Assembly (NCBI GenBank): GCA_026770705.1
Contig: JANJGN010000021.1
Location: forward strand, 89,714,001 to 89,778,000
Origin: Isurus oxyrinchus
Taxonomy: Eukaryota
Reading direction: 5' to 3'
Length of the DNA: 64,000 bases
A program made the position numbers and the translations under genes. The notes under the pieces were generated by a model. The model saw only the letters and a list, made by a program, of their open reading frames with translations, was not told where the DNA came from and did no database searches. The first letter of the stretch is position 1. Each line of letters opens with the position of its first letter. This document shows positions 23,480-37,079 of the stretch, piece by piece.

Positions 23480-24800
23480 TCATCATTAAAGAGATAGAAG
23501 GGGTCATCAATAGCGCTACCAAGCGGCACTTGCTTAGTAATAACCTCCTTATGCACACTCCGTTTGGATTCCACCAGGGTCACTGAGCTTCTAACCTCAT
23601 TCCAGCCCTGGTAAGACATGGACAAAAGAGCTGAACTCCAGAGGTGAGGTGAGAGTGATTTCCCTTGATATCAAGTTAGCACTTGACTGAGTGTGGTATC
23701 AAGGAACGCGAGCACAACTGGACTCAATAGCATTCATTGGGAAAATTATCCACTGTTTGGAGCCATACCTAGCATAAAGGAAGATGGCTGTGGTTGCTGA
23801 AGATCAATCATCTCAGTTCCAGGACATCATTGCAGGGGTTCCTCAGGGTAGTATTATAGGCCCAACCATCCTCAGCTGCTTCACTAATGACATTCCTTCC
23901 ATCATAAGGTCAGAAGTAGGGGTGTTTACCGATGATTGCACAACGTTCAGCCCTATTCTCGACTCCTCAGACACTGAAGCAGTCCAAGTCCAAATACAGC
24001 AAGATCTGGACAATATCCAGACTTGGACTAGAAGTTCCCAGTAACATTCACGTCACACAAGTGCCAGGCAATGACCATCTCCAGCAGAAGAGAATGTAGC
24101 TATTGCCTCTGACATTCGATGGCATTACCATCGCTGAAAACCCCACTATGAACATCCTGTGGGTGACCATTGACCAGGAACTGGACCAGCAGCATAAATA
24201 CTTTGGTTACAAGAGCAGATCAGAGGCTAGGGATCCTATGGCGAGTAGCTAACCTCTTCACTTCCCAAAGCTTGTCTACCATCTACGAGGCACGAGTCAA
24301 GAGTGTGATGGAATACTCTCCATTTGCCTGGATGAGTGCAGCTCCAACAATACTTAAGAAGCTTGACACCATCTAGGGCAAAGCAGCCTGCTTGCTTGGC
24401 ACCCGTTCCATGACATTCACTCCCTCCACTGTCGACGGACAGTGGCACAGTGTGTATCATCTACAAGATGCACTGCAGAAACTCGCCAAATCTTCTCAGG
24501 CAATATCCTCCACTCCCAGGGCCAATACCATCTAGAAGGACAAGGGCAGCAGAAACACAGGATTGCCACGACCTGGAAGCTCCCCTCCAAGCCACAAAGC
24601 ATTCTGATTTGGAAGCATATCGCTGGTCCTTCAATGTTGCTGGGTCAAAATCCTGGGACTCCCTCGCTAGCAGGACTGTGGGTGTACCTACGCCACAAGG
24701 AAGCAGCAGTTCAAGAGGTAGCTCACCGCATCTTCTCAAGGGCAATTAGGGAAGGGAAAAAAAATGCTGGCCAAACCAGTGATGCTCCACTTCCAATAAC
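23480..24800 (+). mobile_element. CR1/L2-group LINE family B, RT to 3' end
   Basis: ORF 23784..24044 AGVPQGSIIGPTILSCFTNDIPSIIRSEVGVFTDDCT; TIYEARVKSVMEYSPFAW; family 3' end. Confidence 0.92.
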
Positions 24801-24814
24801 TAAGTAAACAAAAT

Positions 24815-24900
24815 TGGACTCGAAACATTAATTCTGTTTCTCTCTCCACAGATGCTGCTAGACCTGCTAAGCTTTTGCTCAACTTCTGTTTTTGCTCCTT
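24815..24900. mobile_element. Short Penelope-associated repeat terminus
   Basis: cgaaacattaattctgtttctctctccacagatgctgc is the reverse-complement counterpart of 63460-63500. Confidence 0.55.
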
Positions 24901-25394
24901 TACAATTACCTGATTATCTAACACTGGCTTTTACACACCTGAGATTCACGTCCTTGCTTATAATTAGCTTGGATTTGATGGGCAAAGGTAGAGGGAAAAC
25001 AATCACCGGATCAGTCTCCTCTCTGCTTCTTTAGCCTCATTTTATGAAGCTCCGTAAAAGCCATGGTCTTGACCAAACATTTGCAGATAGCGCTAACATC
25101 TCATTCCTTGTTTCTGATTCAGATTTTGTTTTATAATGCTCCTCTGATGTACCATTCGTTAAAGTGCTCTTGAAATACAAATTGTTGTTGTGTATGCCAC
25201 TGACAGCTGCAAACAAAGATTTGACGTATATGAGCAAGGGGACGTGCTGTCGCCAGGCGCAAATTCTAGGGGGCGCTATCTACAGGTTACCTCTGGTCGA
25301 GAAACAGGGAAACTCAATGCTGAACTATCACACGCATTTGAAATGTGCATTGGAATGTCATGCAATGCATGTACAAAGTATTACAAAATATGCA

Positions 25395-26620
25395 TAGCAT
25401 ACAGATAGGCCATTCAGCCCAAACGATCTACGTTGGCATTTATGCTCGACATGTGCCCCTACCACAAATCTTCATCTAACACAATCAACATATTCTTCAA
25501 TTCCTTTCCCGCTCATGTACTCAGTTCGCTTTCCATTAATGCATCTAAGCTGAAGTATTCCATGTGGTAGCGAGCTGCACTTTCCAAGCACCCTCGGACT
25601 AAACAACTTTCTTGCTAGTCGATGTATTAGTGACTATCTTATTTTTATGGTCCCAAGCTCTGCTTTCTCCTGAAAGTACAAACCTCCTTGCCACGCCTAC
25701 TCTACCAAAACTTTCATGGTCATGGAGACTTGATGGTGCACCCATCAGTCCAGAGATTAGAGTTCCAGCCTGCTTAATTAATTCTGACAGTTATGACTTC
25801 TTAGTTTCAATAGTTCTTGCTGATCATTTTAACATCTTCTCGAGTGTTATCTGCCTTTTCAAACTACGGAGATAAGGAATGTTAACAGTACTACAAGTTC
25901 CATACCTGTTAAACATATTTTCTCTTCTACCCCCTAGAAATGGACACCAGCGCTTTGTTTACTTTAGTTGGTTTGAGTATCTTGAGTCACCACTTTTAGT
26001 CATTCGTGTATCTGTGCCCTAGCCAATTCCATTCAAAAAATTATATTCCATGAGTATATGCCCCTCGTATTATTGCTGTCAACAATGTGCACCACTTGTG
26101 GCCATGCTGGAATTATTTGACAATTACACGCCTATTTTGCAAATTCATTCATGTCCGAATGTATTAAATACAGCCTGCAATTCTGTGGCATCCAAAATCT
26201 TTGTGCTTGCACTCTCGATTCCAGAGTACAGATGATACATGCAAATTATGAGCGGCAGTGCTCTCGTTTCTCAATCTTTTCTATTTGAAGTAACTGCGTC
26301 CATTCCCTATTTTCTGCCTTTTTTTCATTTGCTTGCTACAATTACTGAGTGTTCTCTCCTCTCCATATATTCAGATTCCGCCCCCCCAAATCTATCATAG
26401 GGTAGTTATAGGGTAGATGAATATCCAAGTTTACTACATAAACCGACTTAAACCTATCTAACCTCTCTCTTACTTCTTCGTACAATTCAACAAGATTAGT
26501 CAATCTTGACACCCCGCCGAAGGAAACGGTGCTGGCTACTCTTCCTTATTTTTTCAATTTCCAGATTTTTTCCATTGCGTCGCTGAAAAAAGTTTCATTT
26601 ATCTTCTAGTCACTAACGCT
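25395..26620 (-). mobile_element. Decayed CR1 fragments
   Basis: Begins with an antisense CR1 tail (aggccattcagccc) and continues with degenerate antisense ORF2 sequence. Confidence 0.55.
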
Positions 26621-26769
26621 AAGCTAATTAAATGAAATGGATGCTACTTTCCCAGGCTTCTGATATTCAAAACCATTTTTGCACCTGTTATTCAAGTTCA
26701 ACATACCACTTAACGTCCTTTTTTTTTCCGTTCCATATTGATCGAGTATTTTCTGTGCTCTTCGAAATT

Positions 26770-27620
26770 TCAATGTACCGGAAGTAGACATTCTATTTTC
26801 TCAGATGGTACTAGATTTATGAAGCGCACACGATCGAATAATACGCCCTTTGTACACCCACACTGTGCTCTTATAACGTGGCCAAAGAGTTTGATTATTA
26901 ACCTGTAAATCCTTCTAATATGCATAAAGCAGCCGGTTGGAGGGGGATAGCCTCCCATCAGTTATGCTTGATGCGGAGTGGCGTAGCTGAAGCTATAGAC
27001 CCTGGCGATAGGCTGGCGACATTTCCTAGGGGAAAAAAGTGCCACGGAAACACATTCGCATGTGCTGTGCCTGCCTCATGTGCCACTAGGCACGAGAAAG
27101 AAATATAGGAAAAGATAAAGCATGCATCCTTCTTAGGAAATTGCATCAACGGTAACTTGAAATAATCCATCTCACGCCATTGGACAACTCAAGTCGCCCC
27201 TCCCGCCCTTGTTTATACTTGGATAATGCTTTGTAAACAATGTGACTTATTTGTAACAACTTGCAGTTTCCTTATTCAGCAAGGTTATTCAAGGAAAGCA
27301 TGATACACATTGTTGCTACACTCAGTTTGTCAACATATCCGTAAATACAGATAATTGTACAGAACGTTCCACTACCTTTGCAAAACTGACTCATGAAGTA
27401 TCGTATTTTAGCTGAACGGTGGTGAAAAAATGGACCATAACATGATTGAATGTAGAAACGTAGGGATATTAAGACACACTAATGTACGTGCAATTATTTG
27501 TAGTCTTTACAAAGGTAAATGAAAATATGGGCGTTAAACAATGTAAATCATAAACTAATAAGGGATGCTGTATTTGCATAATGCGTTGTTTGAGTCATGA
27601 CTGATGCATTTCACGCAGCT
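26770..27620. promoter_or_regulatory. Candidate promoter/enhancer in a repeat-poor island
   Basis: ETS ACCGGAAGT 26777-26785; GC box ~27195-27208; forkhead TGTAAACA ~27232; AP-1 TGACTCA 27387-27393 and TGAGTCA 27591-27597; octamer ATTTGCAT 27572-27579. Motif evidence only. Confidence 0.35.
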
Positions 27621-29292
27621 GCTGGTATGTTGCCGTGTTTATTTTTAAACAGAAATGCAGCTAATGTTCGTCCTATGCAATGCTTAAATTACTGAACCTT
27701 TTTATTAGTAAGTGTTATTTATTTTAGTGCACCTTTAAAATGCACAGTGCGAGGAGCTGGTTTTCTTTTGTAAGAAGGTATCGATTTCTTCATTACGGAT
27801 CAGGGCATCGATTCCTATTAGAAAACAAGGCTGTCAGTAAATATTCATTTACACTTCAGGTCATTGCATCAGAGCTGAGGAAATGTATTGAGGTAATGCA
27901 GGATGTAATTCCGCAGAAGAGTCGTTGACACAGTTTTATGTACCCCCTTCCTTGCCGATTCATATTAACTTGTGGATAGAAGGCATACACTTCATTTAAT
28001 CCGGATAGCCACAAAAATCAAAGGGCGTTTAAAATGTTATTCCTGATGTTAAAATGCAAACATGAGTGACTGTTACATTATAAATGCTTGTTTTGTAATG
28101 AAATGTATTTTTTCATTTTGCAAAAAAAGAAACGCGTGGTAGTAGTTATCTTTCAGAAAGCTCATATTCGAGTGAGAAATGCATCTGAGCGACCATTTCG
28201 CGTGTTTTTGTTCCGCAGGAACAATCCCTTCTTTTGCGAGAAGGTGTCTCACTTTTCTTTGCAGCTAAGAAAAATACACATGAAAAATGTATTTGTTTAC
28301 TTGGGATAATGAAACAGGTTGTCTGTTGATTAATATTATCCATGTGTACTTGTAAATATCAGCAAAGCATTGGGAAGCTTGGGGAAAGTCAAAGTTACGT
28401 ACAATAAGTTAAAGTATTGCACCATACGGAAATCCAGGTGTGGTAATCTACACCTTAGTCCATGGGTTTAAATTAATTGACCTTGCTGAAAAATAGGAGG
28501 CTTCAACAATAATCATTGGTTCATAAGTTTCAGTATAAACAATCCCAACAATTCCAACGTCGTCCAGTGCCAAGATGATACCAAATCTGATCTGTAACAG
28601 AGATAAATCAATCAATAATCAATCCAAAATGTGGCCTTTAATTATCCTTGACAGAAAGCATTTACTCTACGTGGACACAAAAACTTGTGGAGCATTGCCG
28701 CAGAAAGTGCTTACAGGTATCCCTCTTTAGAGAAGCATTGCATACTCCTCTAAAGCGGATACCTCTAAGCACTTGGAGACCAGAGTACATTTGCCAACAA
28801 AACAGAACTCGCTTCCCAAACAGTATAAATTTGTTGTCTCCCTTGGTTTTGTATTCTTGCAAAATGTCCTGTTCAGTGCAAAACGAAAAGCTTCTTTTTT
28901 CAGCAACACTGATGGAGATTTGTTGAATGATGAAGTTATTCAACTCCAGGGAAAAGCGTCAAATTAAATATTCCTGCTTCCATAGGGCTGAAAAAGATTT
29001 CGCGTATTTTCAATAGTCATGCAAGTAATGCAGGCATTTATAAGGGGAAAAACACATTTTCCAAATTCCCAGTTAATCGATAATTTACACTGATTAAAAT
29101 ATTACAATAAACTTTGCAAGTCCCTTTCACAGCGTGAGCTATTTTAAAGTGATACACACCAATATTCATTTCATGAAATCCAATAGATGAGTGTAGAATT
29201 TGGCAGAAATATCTAGTTAGAATCATTCTCTCGATTTTAATTTCAGCAGATTGTACGTACTGAGGAAGCTGGTTAGCGAATTATGCATTCTC

Positions 29293-29692
29293 AGAATCAC
29301 AGAATCATAGAATCATACAGTGCAGAAGAAGCCTTTCGGCCCATTGAGTCTGCACCGACACGTGAGAAACACCTGACCTACCTACTTAATCCCATTTACC
29401 AGCACTTGGCCCGTAGCCTTGAATGTTACGACGTGCCAAATTCACATCCAGGTACTTTTTAAAGGATATCCTTCCTATAATGTGACGACCAGAACCGCAT
29501 ACAGTACTCCAGCTGTGGCCTCACCAAGGTTCTACACAACTCCAACATGACTTCCATACTTTTGTAATCTATGCCTCAATTGAAAAAGGCAAGTGTCCCA
29601 TATGCCTTTTTCGCCACCCAACTAACATGCCCCTCTGCTTTCAAAGATCTATGGACACACACACCAAGGTCCCTTTGTTCCTCAGAACTTCC
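29293..29692 (-). mobile_element. CR1 (HER1-like) 3' fragment with an internal deletion
   Basis: Reverse complement of 11550-11775 joined directly to 12117-12255; tail agaatcacagaatcatagaatcat. Confidence 0.92.
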
Positions 29693-30293
29693 TTGTGGCA
29701 GACAATTTAAAGCCTCTGCACAACATTGAATATCTACAACGTTAGAAACTTTGTAGTGATGGCTTTTAGAAAGCAGACTAAAAAGCTCATGGGATATTGA
29801 TTGTAACTGGAGACCTCCCAGCAACAAGATTTTCTCTCAATGGGTAGTACAGCTGCCACAAATATTGGAGTAACTATCCCATGTTCTTGAAGGCACTGTT
29901 CGTTAACAAATCAAAAATGAAATTCGAAGACTAAGCCCATCAAGTATTCAATCTAACCACCAAGTATGACTATTCTTTCCTGCGTTTTCTTAAAAAAACA
30001 TTTTATAAATACGAATGTGAGTACCAAACTTTCCTAGATCTAAAAGGTCAAGCGGTGCACTGCATTAAATAGTTACGTTTAATCGCTAAGAATCGATCTG
30101 TACCTGATTAAAATTATATATAGGCAAAATTACCATTATCTTCCAGCTTTCAACTCATTAAGATAAAGCAAATGGTGAATCCATCTGCAGTCATCAAACA
30201 GAAATCGTCACACTCAATTGATCTTATAAAAAGCAGAATGGGCACATGTTAAAAAAAGATGCACAATGACCAAATTGTGGAATGTTGAATTAG

Positions 30294-30340
30294 ATGTTCT
30301 TTTGTCTAAACTGTTCTGGGGACATTAAAATACTGGCAAG
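30294..30340 (+). other. Candidate exon (possible first coding exon, MFFCLNCSGDIKILA)
   Basis: Consensus donor AAG|gtaagt at 30341 and ATG at 30294. No recognisable homology. Confidence 0.25.
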
Positions 30341-30359
30341 GTAAGTATTCAGAATCGTA

Positions 30360-30830
30360 ACACACCTTATAAATTGGAATGGGAGGAGCAACAACGCGCC
30401 GATTGAATTCTCTGTATTTGCTCTAACACAACATTCAATCGTTTTTAAAGACCTCTATTAGGTCACAACTCAGCCTTTGTTTTTAAGAGAAAAAAGTTAC
30501 CCTTCTTCTCAATCCTTTCCTGACATAAATATGCACGCATTTCTGGAATCATCTTTGTAAATTTTCTCTAGGCTCTCTTAAGTTCCTCAATGCCCTTTTA
30601 CTAATATGGAGAGCAGAATAGCATGCAACACTCAAATGATGGTCTAAACAAGGTTCTATGCAGATTTAAACTTACCTACTTTTCAATTATATCGTTCTAG
30701 AATTAAAGTCTAGAGCTTCCTTTGCCTTTTCAATAGCCTTGGTGACCCATGTCACAACTTTTAGCGAATGATGTTTACACTCCTAGGTCCCTTTGTTCAT
30801 CTAACTCACGTAGGCTTGTACCTTCCAAGA
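30360..30830 (-). mobile_element. Decayed CR1 3' fragment
   Basis: Antisense CR1 C-terminal sequence (ggtccctttgttc = EQRDL; aaggttcta = RTL). Confidence 0.65.
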
Positions 30831-31004
30831 AATAGGTAATAAGTGAAATTGCCTTATCTTGTGGGCTCAAGAGAGGCCACGCCTTAGACCAAGAAATTAA
30901 ATGATCCAATGTACTGCCTTCCTTATGCTTGGGCTGATTTGCATTGTCAGCAATATAAATGCAAGTTCAGAAGCAATTTTCTTTCGTCATTGTAATCTGT
31001 TCAG

Positions 31005-31039
31005 CACAGCAAATCAGACATAAACCATTGCATCCAGAG
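31005..31039 (+). other. Candidate small exon (35 nt, or 30 nt from the alternative acceptor at 31010)
   Basis: Pyrimidine tract plus ttcag|cacag| acceptors and donor GAG|gtgagt. Confidence 0.35.
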
Positions 31040-32774
31040 GTGAGTGGGTTTTTTTTAAAATATAAAAGTTATTAGAAGGTGAAATTAAATTTCGAGCAAT
31101 TGTAAAACAACTGGCAATGGAGAGACAGCCTTTTAAATAGGAGTCTAATTTTTCTTTTCAGTATGAAAAGTATAGGCAGCAAAGATAAATAAAGGTTGAC
31201 GTAACTGCCACTGTTCATTGAGTTTCTACCATTGTTCGAATTGAATTTCCTTGCAGTATTGTGTAAATTATTTAACATATCGTTTTTGGAAGTTATGAAA
31301 TACGATGATTTTTTTACAAAAGAATTACACATATATTACCATATGATTAAAATATACGTTTGCCTAAAATTTAAAGTTATTTTACTAATTGTGTAAATAT
31401 TTAACCTATTTGAAGAGTGACCCCAAAAAATTCTTAATGGGACCGAATTCTCCGTGCTCCCAGCCCAGCGGGAAGGCATCACACACAGGGGCTATAAGTC
31501 AGAAATTGCAGATATGACAGTTGGCACAATTTTCCTTTATTGGTACTAATACGTAAAAACCATGAACAGTGCATTTGCGATAATCTGACAAACTGATAAT
31601 CTGAACGGCGGAATTGCAGAGATGGAATCACGGACAGTGTTATCATAAACATTTCTGTCTAACTGGTAAACGTAAAGGTTACGGGCCTGCTATTCAAGAG
31701 CAGGCGGCGATCGTTCAAAATGTCTGCCGTATGAAGAGAATTGTGACTGCGGATAAGGCATTTGTGTTCGTTCATATGTTGTGTAGCAAATAAGGGCGCA
31801 TTGTGCACAAAGTTTCACCTGGTTGGTGATTTACTTTTCAAATGTCGGGTAATATGACCGAAATATCACTAACAAGAGGTCTTCTCGACCAATATCATTA
31901 TTCTTCTTTTGCGCTGGAGGCACTATCTGTTGAGTATTTGGAGTGTGTTGGCATTATGCTACCTCATTCCACTTAGATCTGCATAGCGCACCTTAACATT
32001 CAATTTGACAATGGGCATCATGATGATATAATTATTTGCCTTGATAGAGAAAAGGCCAGAGCATTCATGGATGTTTGTCTAATCCATGATGATGCAATTT
32101 CCTTCCACCAATTATCACGTTTTCTACCTCTCCCACCACCCCACCCAGTTCGGAAGTTTCCTCCGTCGAGTTTTCTCTCCCACTCAAAGATGATCAGGCA
32201 AGTCTCTGGAGTACCTAACCTATTGTTTTTTTTTAACCTTAGGCATGCATGGGTCCCTTCCTTTGCAGAACGTATGTTCTATTTACACCATTGATAATGA
32301 AAACAACCTTGTGTTCCATTGCCTTTCCCAATTTCCTTAACAACAAGTCGCCCCACCATCCCTCAACGCCACTATCCTAGCTATGTATTCAAAGGCACTT
32401 AACGACACTATCCATATTAACCACTTTCTCACCTTTAATAATCTGAAGTAATTGGGCATGATTATGTTATTCTTCCTCTCTACACGGAGTAGAATCTCAT
32501 AGCACCGTATTTAACTTCATAACGCATCGTTTCTAGGTTGATGATAATTGTGTTATCCTTTGTTCGCTTGTCCCAGAATAACATATTCTTTCATGGTTGA
32601 GGTCACAGCTTGGGACACAATGCTTAAGTAGAAGAATTACCAAAATGAATACATAACCCGATTATAATAAGCGTTTTTTAAAAACTGTCCAACACAACCA
32701 ATGATTCCATTCTCGATGTCCTGACCGAAAAATATTGACACCATTTACACGACGCGAACCTTTGCATTTTTTAG

Positions 32775-32801
32775 CATCATTTCCCAAGGTGCTGCAAGTG
32801 G
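32775..32801 (+). other. Candidate 27-nt exon
   Basis: tttgcattttttag| acceptor, TGG|gtaagt donor, open in all three frames. Confidence 0.45.
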
Positions 32802-33269
32802 GTAAGTGTAATTACTGCGATATTACCGTCCTTCTACACATCATTGACAAATATAATGCGCAGAAGAGCTTGTGCAATGGTCCAAGGCAAATTAAATGCT
32901 AATTCATTTCATGGGGAATTTAGGACATGCAATAATGGCTGGTTGCAGACCAGTTATCCAATTAATCTTTCATTTAGAATTTTATCTCAGGATCTGGTAC
33001 GTTATTTTAACACTCACTCCTCAATGAGAATCTTATTAAAATCCGTTTTGCAAATTCAAGAAGGTAGCAGTTAAATATAGCTGTTCATGTCATAGAAGTC
33101 TTACCAGATTTATATATAGGGACACCAGGTAGGAATAACTCACATATAAAACAGAATTTGAATGATTTGCAAGCCAACAAACATTAATTGATGTAAGTAT
33201 GACCGGTCCATTGTTGAGGCAGCGGTTTAATAATTGCCTGAAGAAATAGGGCAGAAATTTTGATGGAAC

Positions 33270-33815
33270 GGCAATATGATAGTCCAGTGGTCATGTCAAT
33301 GAACTAGTAATCCAAGAGATGTTCATTCAAGTATTAGAGTTAATAGCAAACAATGCAAGCAGCAAGTTATAAAATGGTCATAAAACGCAACGGAGCACCA
33401 ATGTCCCTTAAAGAATAAAACGTTATGTTCTTAACCTGTGTTCTCCATGCTTGCCATTTCTGTGGATGGTGTCTGGATACACACCTGAAATGCCGTAATC
33501 TGCAGGGCTATGGACCAAACTTTGGAAAGTGGGATTAGGCGGGGTGGCTCCTTTTTCGGCCGGCGCAGACACGTAGGGCCAAGTGGTGTCTTTCTATTCC
33601 AAATGTTTTTTTTATGATTCTGTGATTCTATGTGACTCTGAAACTTCAGGGGTCAACATCGTGTCAGTCCCTACAGCTGTGTAATTTGGGAGTACCTTCA
33701 GCACGCAGACCACATTGCCTGAAGAAGGCTGAACATCACCGAATTTTCACTGGCAGCGAGGTTTGGGGAATAAATGCTACTCTGGCTAACGATACCCATA
33801 ATCCTAAAATTAATA
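33270..33815 (+). mobile_element. SINE/family-B 3' tail with a nested CR1 3' end (33495-33630)
   Basis: CR1 tail ending gattctgtgattctatg lies inside sequence that ends with the family-B terminus gggaataaatgctactctggctaacgatacccat. Confidence 0.65.
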
Positions 33816-34339
33816 ATTTAAAAGCACCATATGTCATGTTAATTCCAGGACGATAATTGCTGTGCAAGCAAAACTGTACATTTTCCATGGGGACAAAATT
33901 TGTAAAAATGTATCCCAAACAGCAGTTCAACAATAAGAACAGTAGTAACAGTCATTTGATTTGACCCTGAATGTTATCATCTATAATCTTGATATATGAG
34001 AAAAACACTTCCTGATGAAAGATCAGTCACTAAGCCTTGAAAAACAGGATGCTTCTGAACATCGTAATATTATAACTCGTTCTATTGGACATAACTGATT
34101 GCTTTGATAGCATAAGTATTTCCGACATTCAAGGAAGGCACAGATTTCGGAATGACTTTCCACAAGAATCCGGCCCTTATTCATGACTAGTTTCATATCT
34201 TTGACATATTGCAAGGAGACGTGTTGGTAATCTTTAAAGCATGCCCTGGTTTTACTATTGCATGCACTAAAGTGAACGCTTTTACAGCAGGAGAGAGGAT
34301 GTAAAGTTAATACACTTTCATTTCTATTGAAAATTCAGC

Positions 34340-36840
34340 TTGGCAGCATTCTAATAAGATGCCCCATAGTAGACTAATGAGCAAGGTCAGAAAATGTGGA
34401 ATCAGGGAAAAGTAGCAGAATAGATTGCTTGCTGGTATCAAGGCAAAAAAAAAAAAAAACAAGAGTGGGAGTAAATGGTCACAGAGGCTGTTCTACAAGG
34501 ATCAGTACTGGGCCCACTCATGTTCACAATTCACATTAACGATTTATACATTGGAATTAAGAAAACACACAATTTCTAAATTTGCAGACGAAATGAAATT
34601 AGGGGGTGGAGGTGTGGTGTGCATTGCGGTGATAGCTGATACTTAGCTGCACTGTAAAAATATAGGAGGACTTAGGAAACTTGTAGAATTCACAAACAGT
34701 TGACAAATCAAGTTCAACAAAGATAAACATGAGATACAACATAGCGGTAGAAAGAATAGGGGATTCCTTTACTACTTGGAAGGCATGAGTCTTGGTTGAG
34801 CAGAGGAACAAAGGGATCCCCGTGCACACATGAAGTGATCACAAAAGGTTGCTCCACTGGGTAGAAAAATCACACACAGAAGAATAAACACGGGCTCATT
34901 TTTAAAGGGTTAGACTTGAACAGCTTGGGGAGTTATATGAAAAAAATAACGAACTTTGGTTAGACAATGCCAAGAGATCTGCATGCAGTTCTGGTCGTCA
35001 TATGATGAAAAATGATATGAAGGCACGGGGGAGTTTGAAGAGATTATTTACAAGGATGACACCGGAAATTAGATGGTGCAAATGTCATGCAAAGATGAAC
35101 AGGCTGGGTCTCTTTTCTCTTGAAGAAAATCAGGCTGAAAGGTAACCTATTGGAAGTATTTAAAATTATGAAAGATCTTGATAGAGAATTTATCCACTTG
35201 TGGGGAAGAGCATAGTTAAAAGATTAACTGCAACGTAGAGTGGAACACAATGTTATGTTCTGAAGGTATACGTGTAAAAAAAGACAGCTCAGCACAGCAT
35301 AGATGGAGCGGATTAGGAAGCACAAAGAAGAAAAAAAAAGATCTTTCAGATACACCGGGCGTGACAATAGTTGTTAGCTGTCTTTTCTAAAGAAGGGGGC
35401 AACGTGACAATGAACAGGAGTGGCAGGTAAATGTTAAGGATAGAAAAAGATAAGGAAGTAGTACTAAAAAGATAGACTGGCAGTAGAACAGTAGCCCCAT
35501 TTAGATAGGTGCATCTAGATTGCAGATGACATTAAGTGTAGAAATAGGCGAAGCATTGGGCACAATTTATCAAACTTTGTTGGCTATGGGAGCTGCTCGA
35601 GAGGACTGGAATATTGAGAATGTTATATTCCTGTTCAGAAGGCGGAGAGAAATAAGTTAGTCAACTGCAGGGCAATCAGCCTTACCTCAGTGCTGGAGAA
35701 GCATAGATACATCATTATCTGGTGCAACATTAACCGTCACTTGGAGGAACAAGGATTAATAAATGACAGTCAACGTGAAATTGCCAAATCCTGTCGGGCA
35801 AACATGAATGGTTCTTCAGTTCACTAAAGGAGAGTTGATGGATGTCAGGCAATTAGCGTCGGGCATGCAGACATTCCAGAAGCTATCATTAATGCTAATG
35901 CTAGACGTGTTAGCAAAGCTAAAGACCACGGTATTAAAGATACGGTAGCAGCATAGATCAGAATTAACTTAGTGACAGAAAGCTGTACGTAATGGTATTT
36001 TTTTTTTGGATATTAGACTCTTGTGTAGTATAGAAATGTATTTGCAGAGGAGATTGTAACAATCACTGCTCTTTCTAATATATATTACTGAACTGGATTT
36101 CGATCTAGGGGGCATAGTTGCAAAGATTGTAAATGCTACAAGACAGGTAAATTCAGTAAACTGTGCAGTTTGGGAAGTCAATTTTGGAAACGTGAAGATA
36201 CATAACAAAACATTAATTGCACAGGTGCGCAAAATGGTGTATTTTGGAAAGGTAAATGAAAAGGGACAAAATAAATTAAATATTAGAATATTATATCTTT
36301 TGAATAAACAGATAAATCTCATTCACATGCACACAATATTGAAGGCGTTAGGCCAAGACGGCAACACAGTTGATAAAACATATGGGAAATTTGGTTTGTT
36401 GGCAGACATAAAGTATAACAGCAAAACATTCAAGGAAACTTTTACGAATCACTTGTAGTCCTCAGGCATGTAATTTTGCACAATTATGATCACTACCCTA
36501 TAGATAGGATACCATGACTTTGGAGATTGGCAGATGATATTTACCAGAATGATATTTGGGATTAAGAAATTTATTTATGTAGATAGGCTAGAGCAGCTAG
36601 GATTGTTCTCCATAAAGCAAAGAAGGTTAAAGCGAGATAAAGATGTACCATGCTTGAGAACTTAACAGTTCATGGTACCAAAGAACAATAAGAGGCATAT
36701 GCATATAAGTACATACCGCTTCTGGAGACAAGGTCATGACTGACCAGCCTGGTCGAATTCTTTAAAGTGGCCATCAACTAGTAGATGACTGGGGAATACT
36801 GTATATTTGGGGGTTCAAGGATTTATTGATGTGGTGCCTT
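34340..36840 (+). mobile_element. Cluster of decayed CR1 copies (about 34340-35220, 35400-36640, 36720-36840)
   Basis: QGSVLGPL (caaggatcagtactgggcccactc), ISKFADEMK, EQRDP, NCRAISLTSV and CR1 C-terminal remnants. Confidence 0.8.
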
Positions 36841-37079
36841 GCAATTGACTGTATTGAATAACTGCAATGGACACATGTATGAGCTCAGAAATCTTCCCGC
36901 CGGTTATGGACTATCCAAATGTACTTGCTGGATAATATTTGTTTGGATAAATACTAAATGCGCTTTTTCTCCTGAAGTAGTGCTACCAATTTTACTAACT
37001 ATACATAGTCATGGCAACTCTCAACTCACTTACTATAATCTACAAATCTTTTTGCCTTTCTTTCCTTGTTCGTCTTTCG

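Noticed and set aside
28648-28967. Overlapping ORFs on both strands
   Set aside because: No recognisable motif and only a weak donor; cannot be distinguished from chance.
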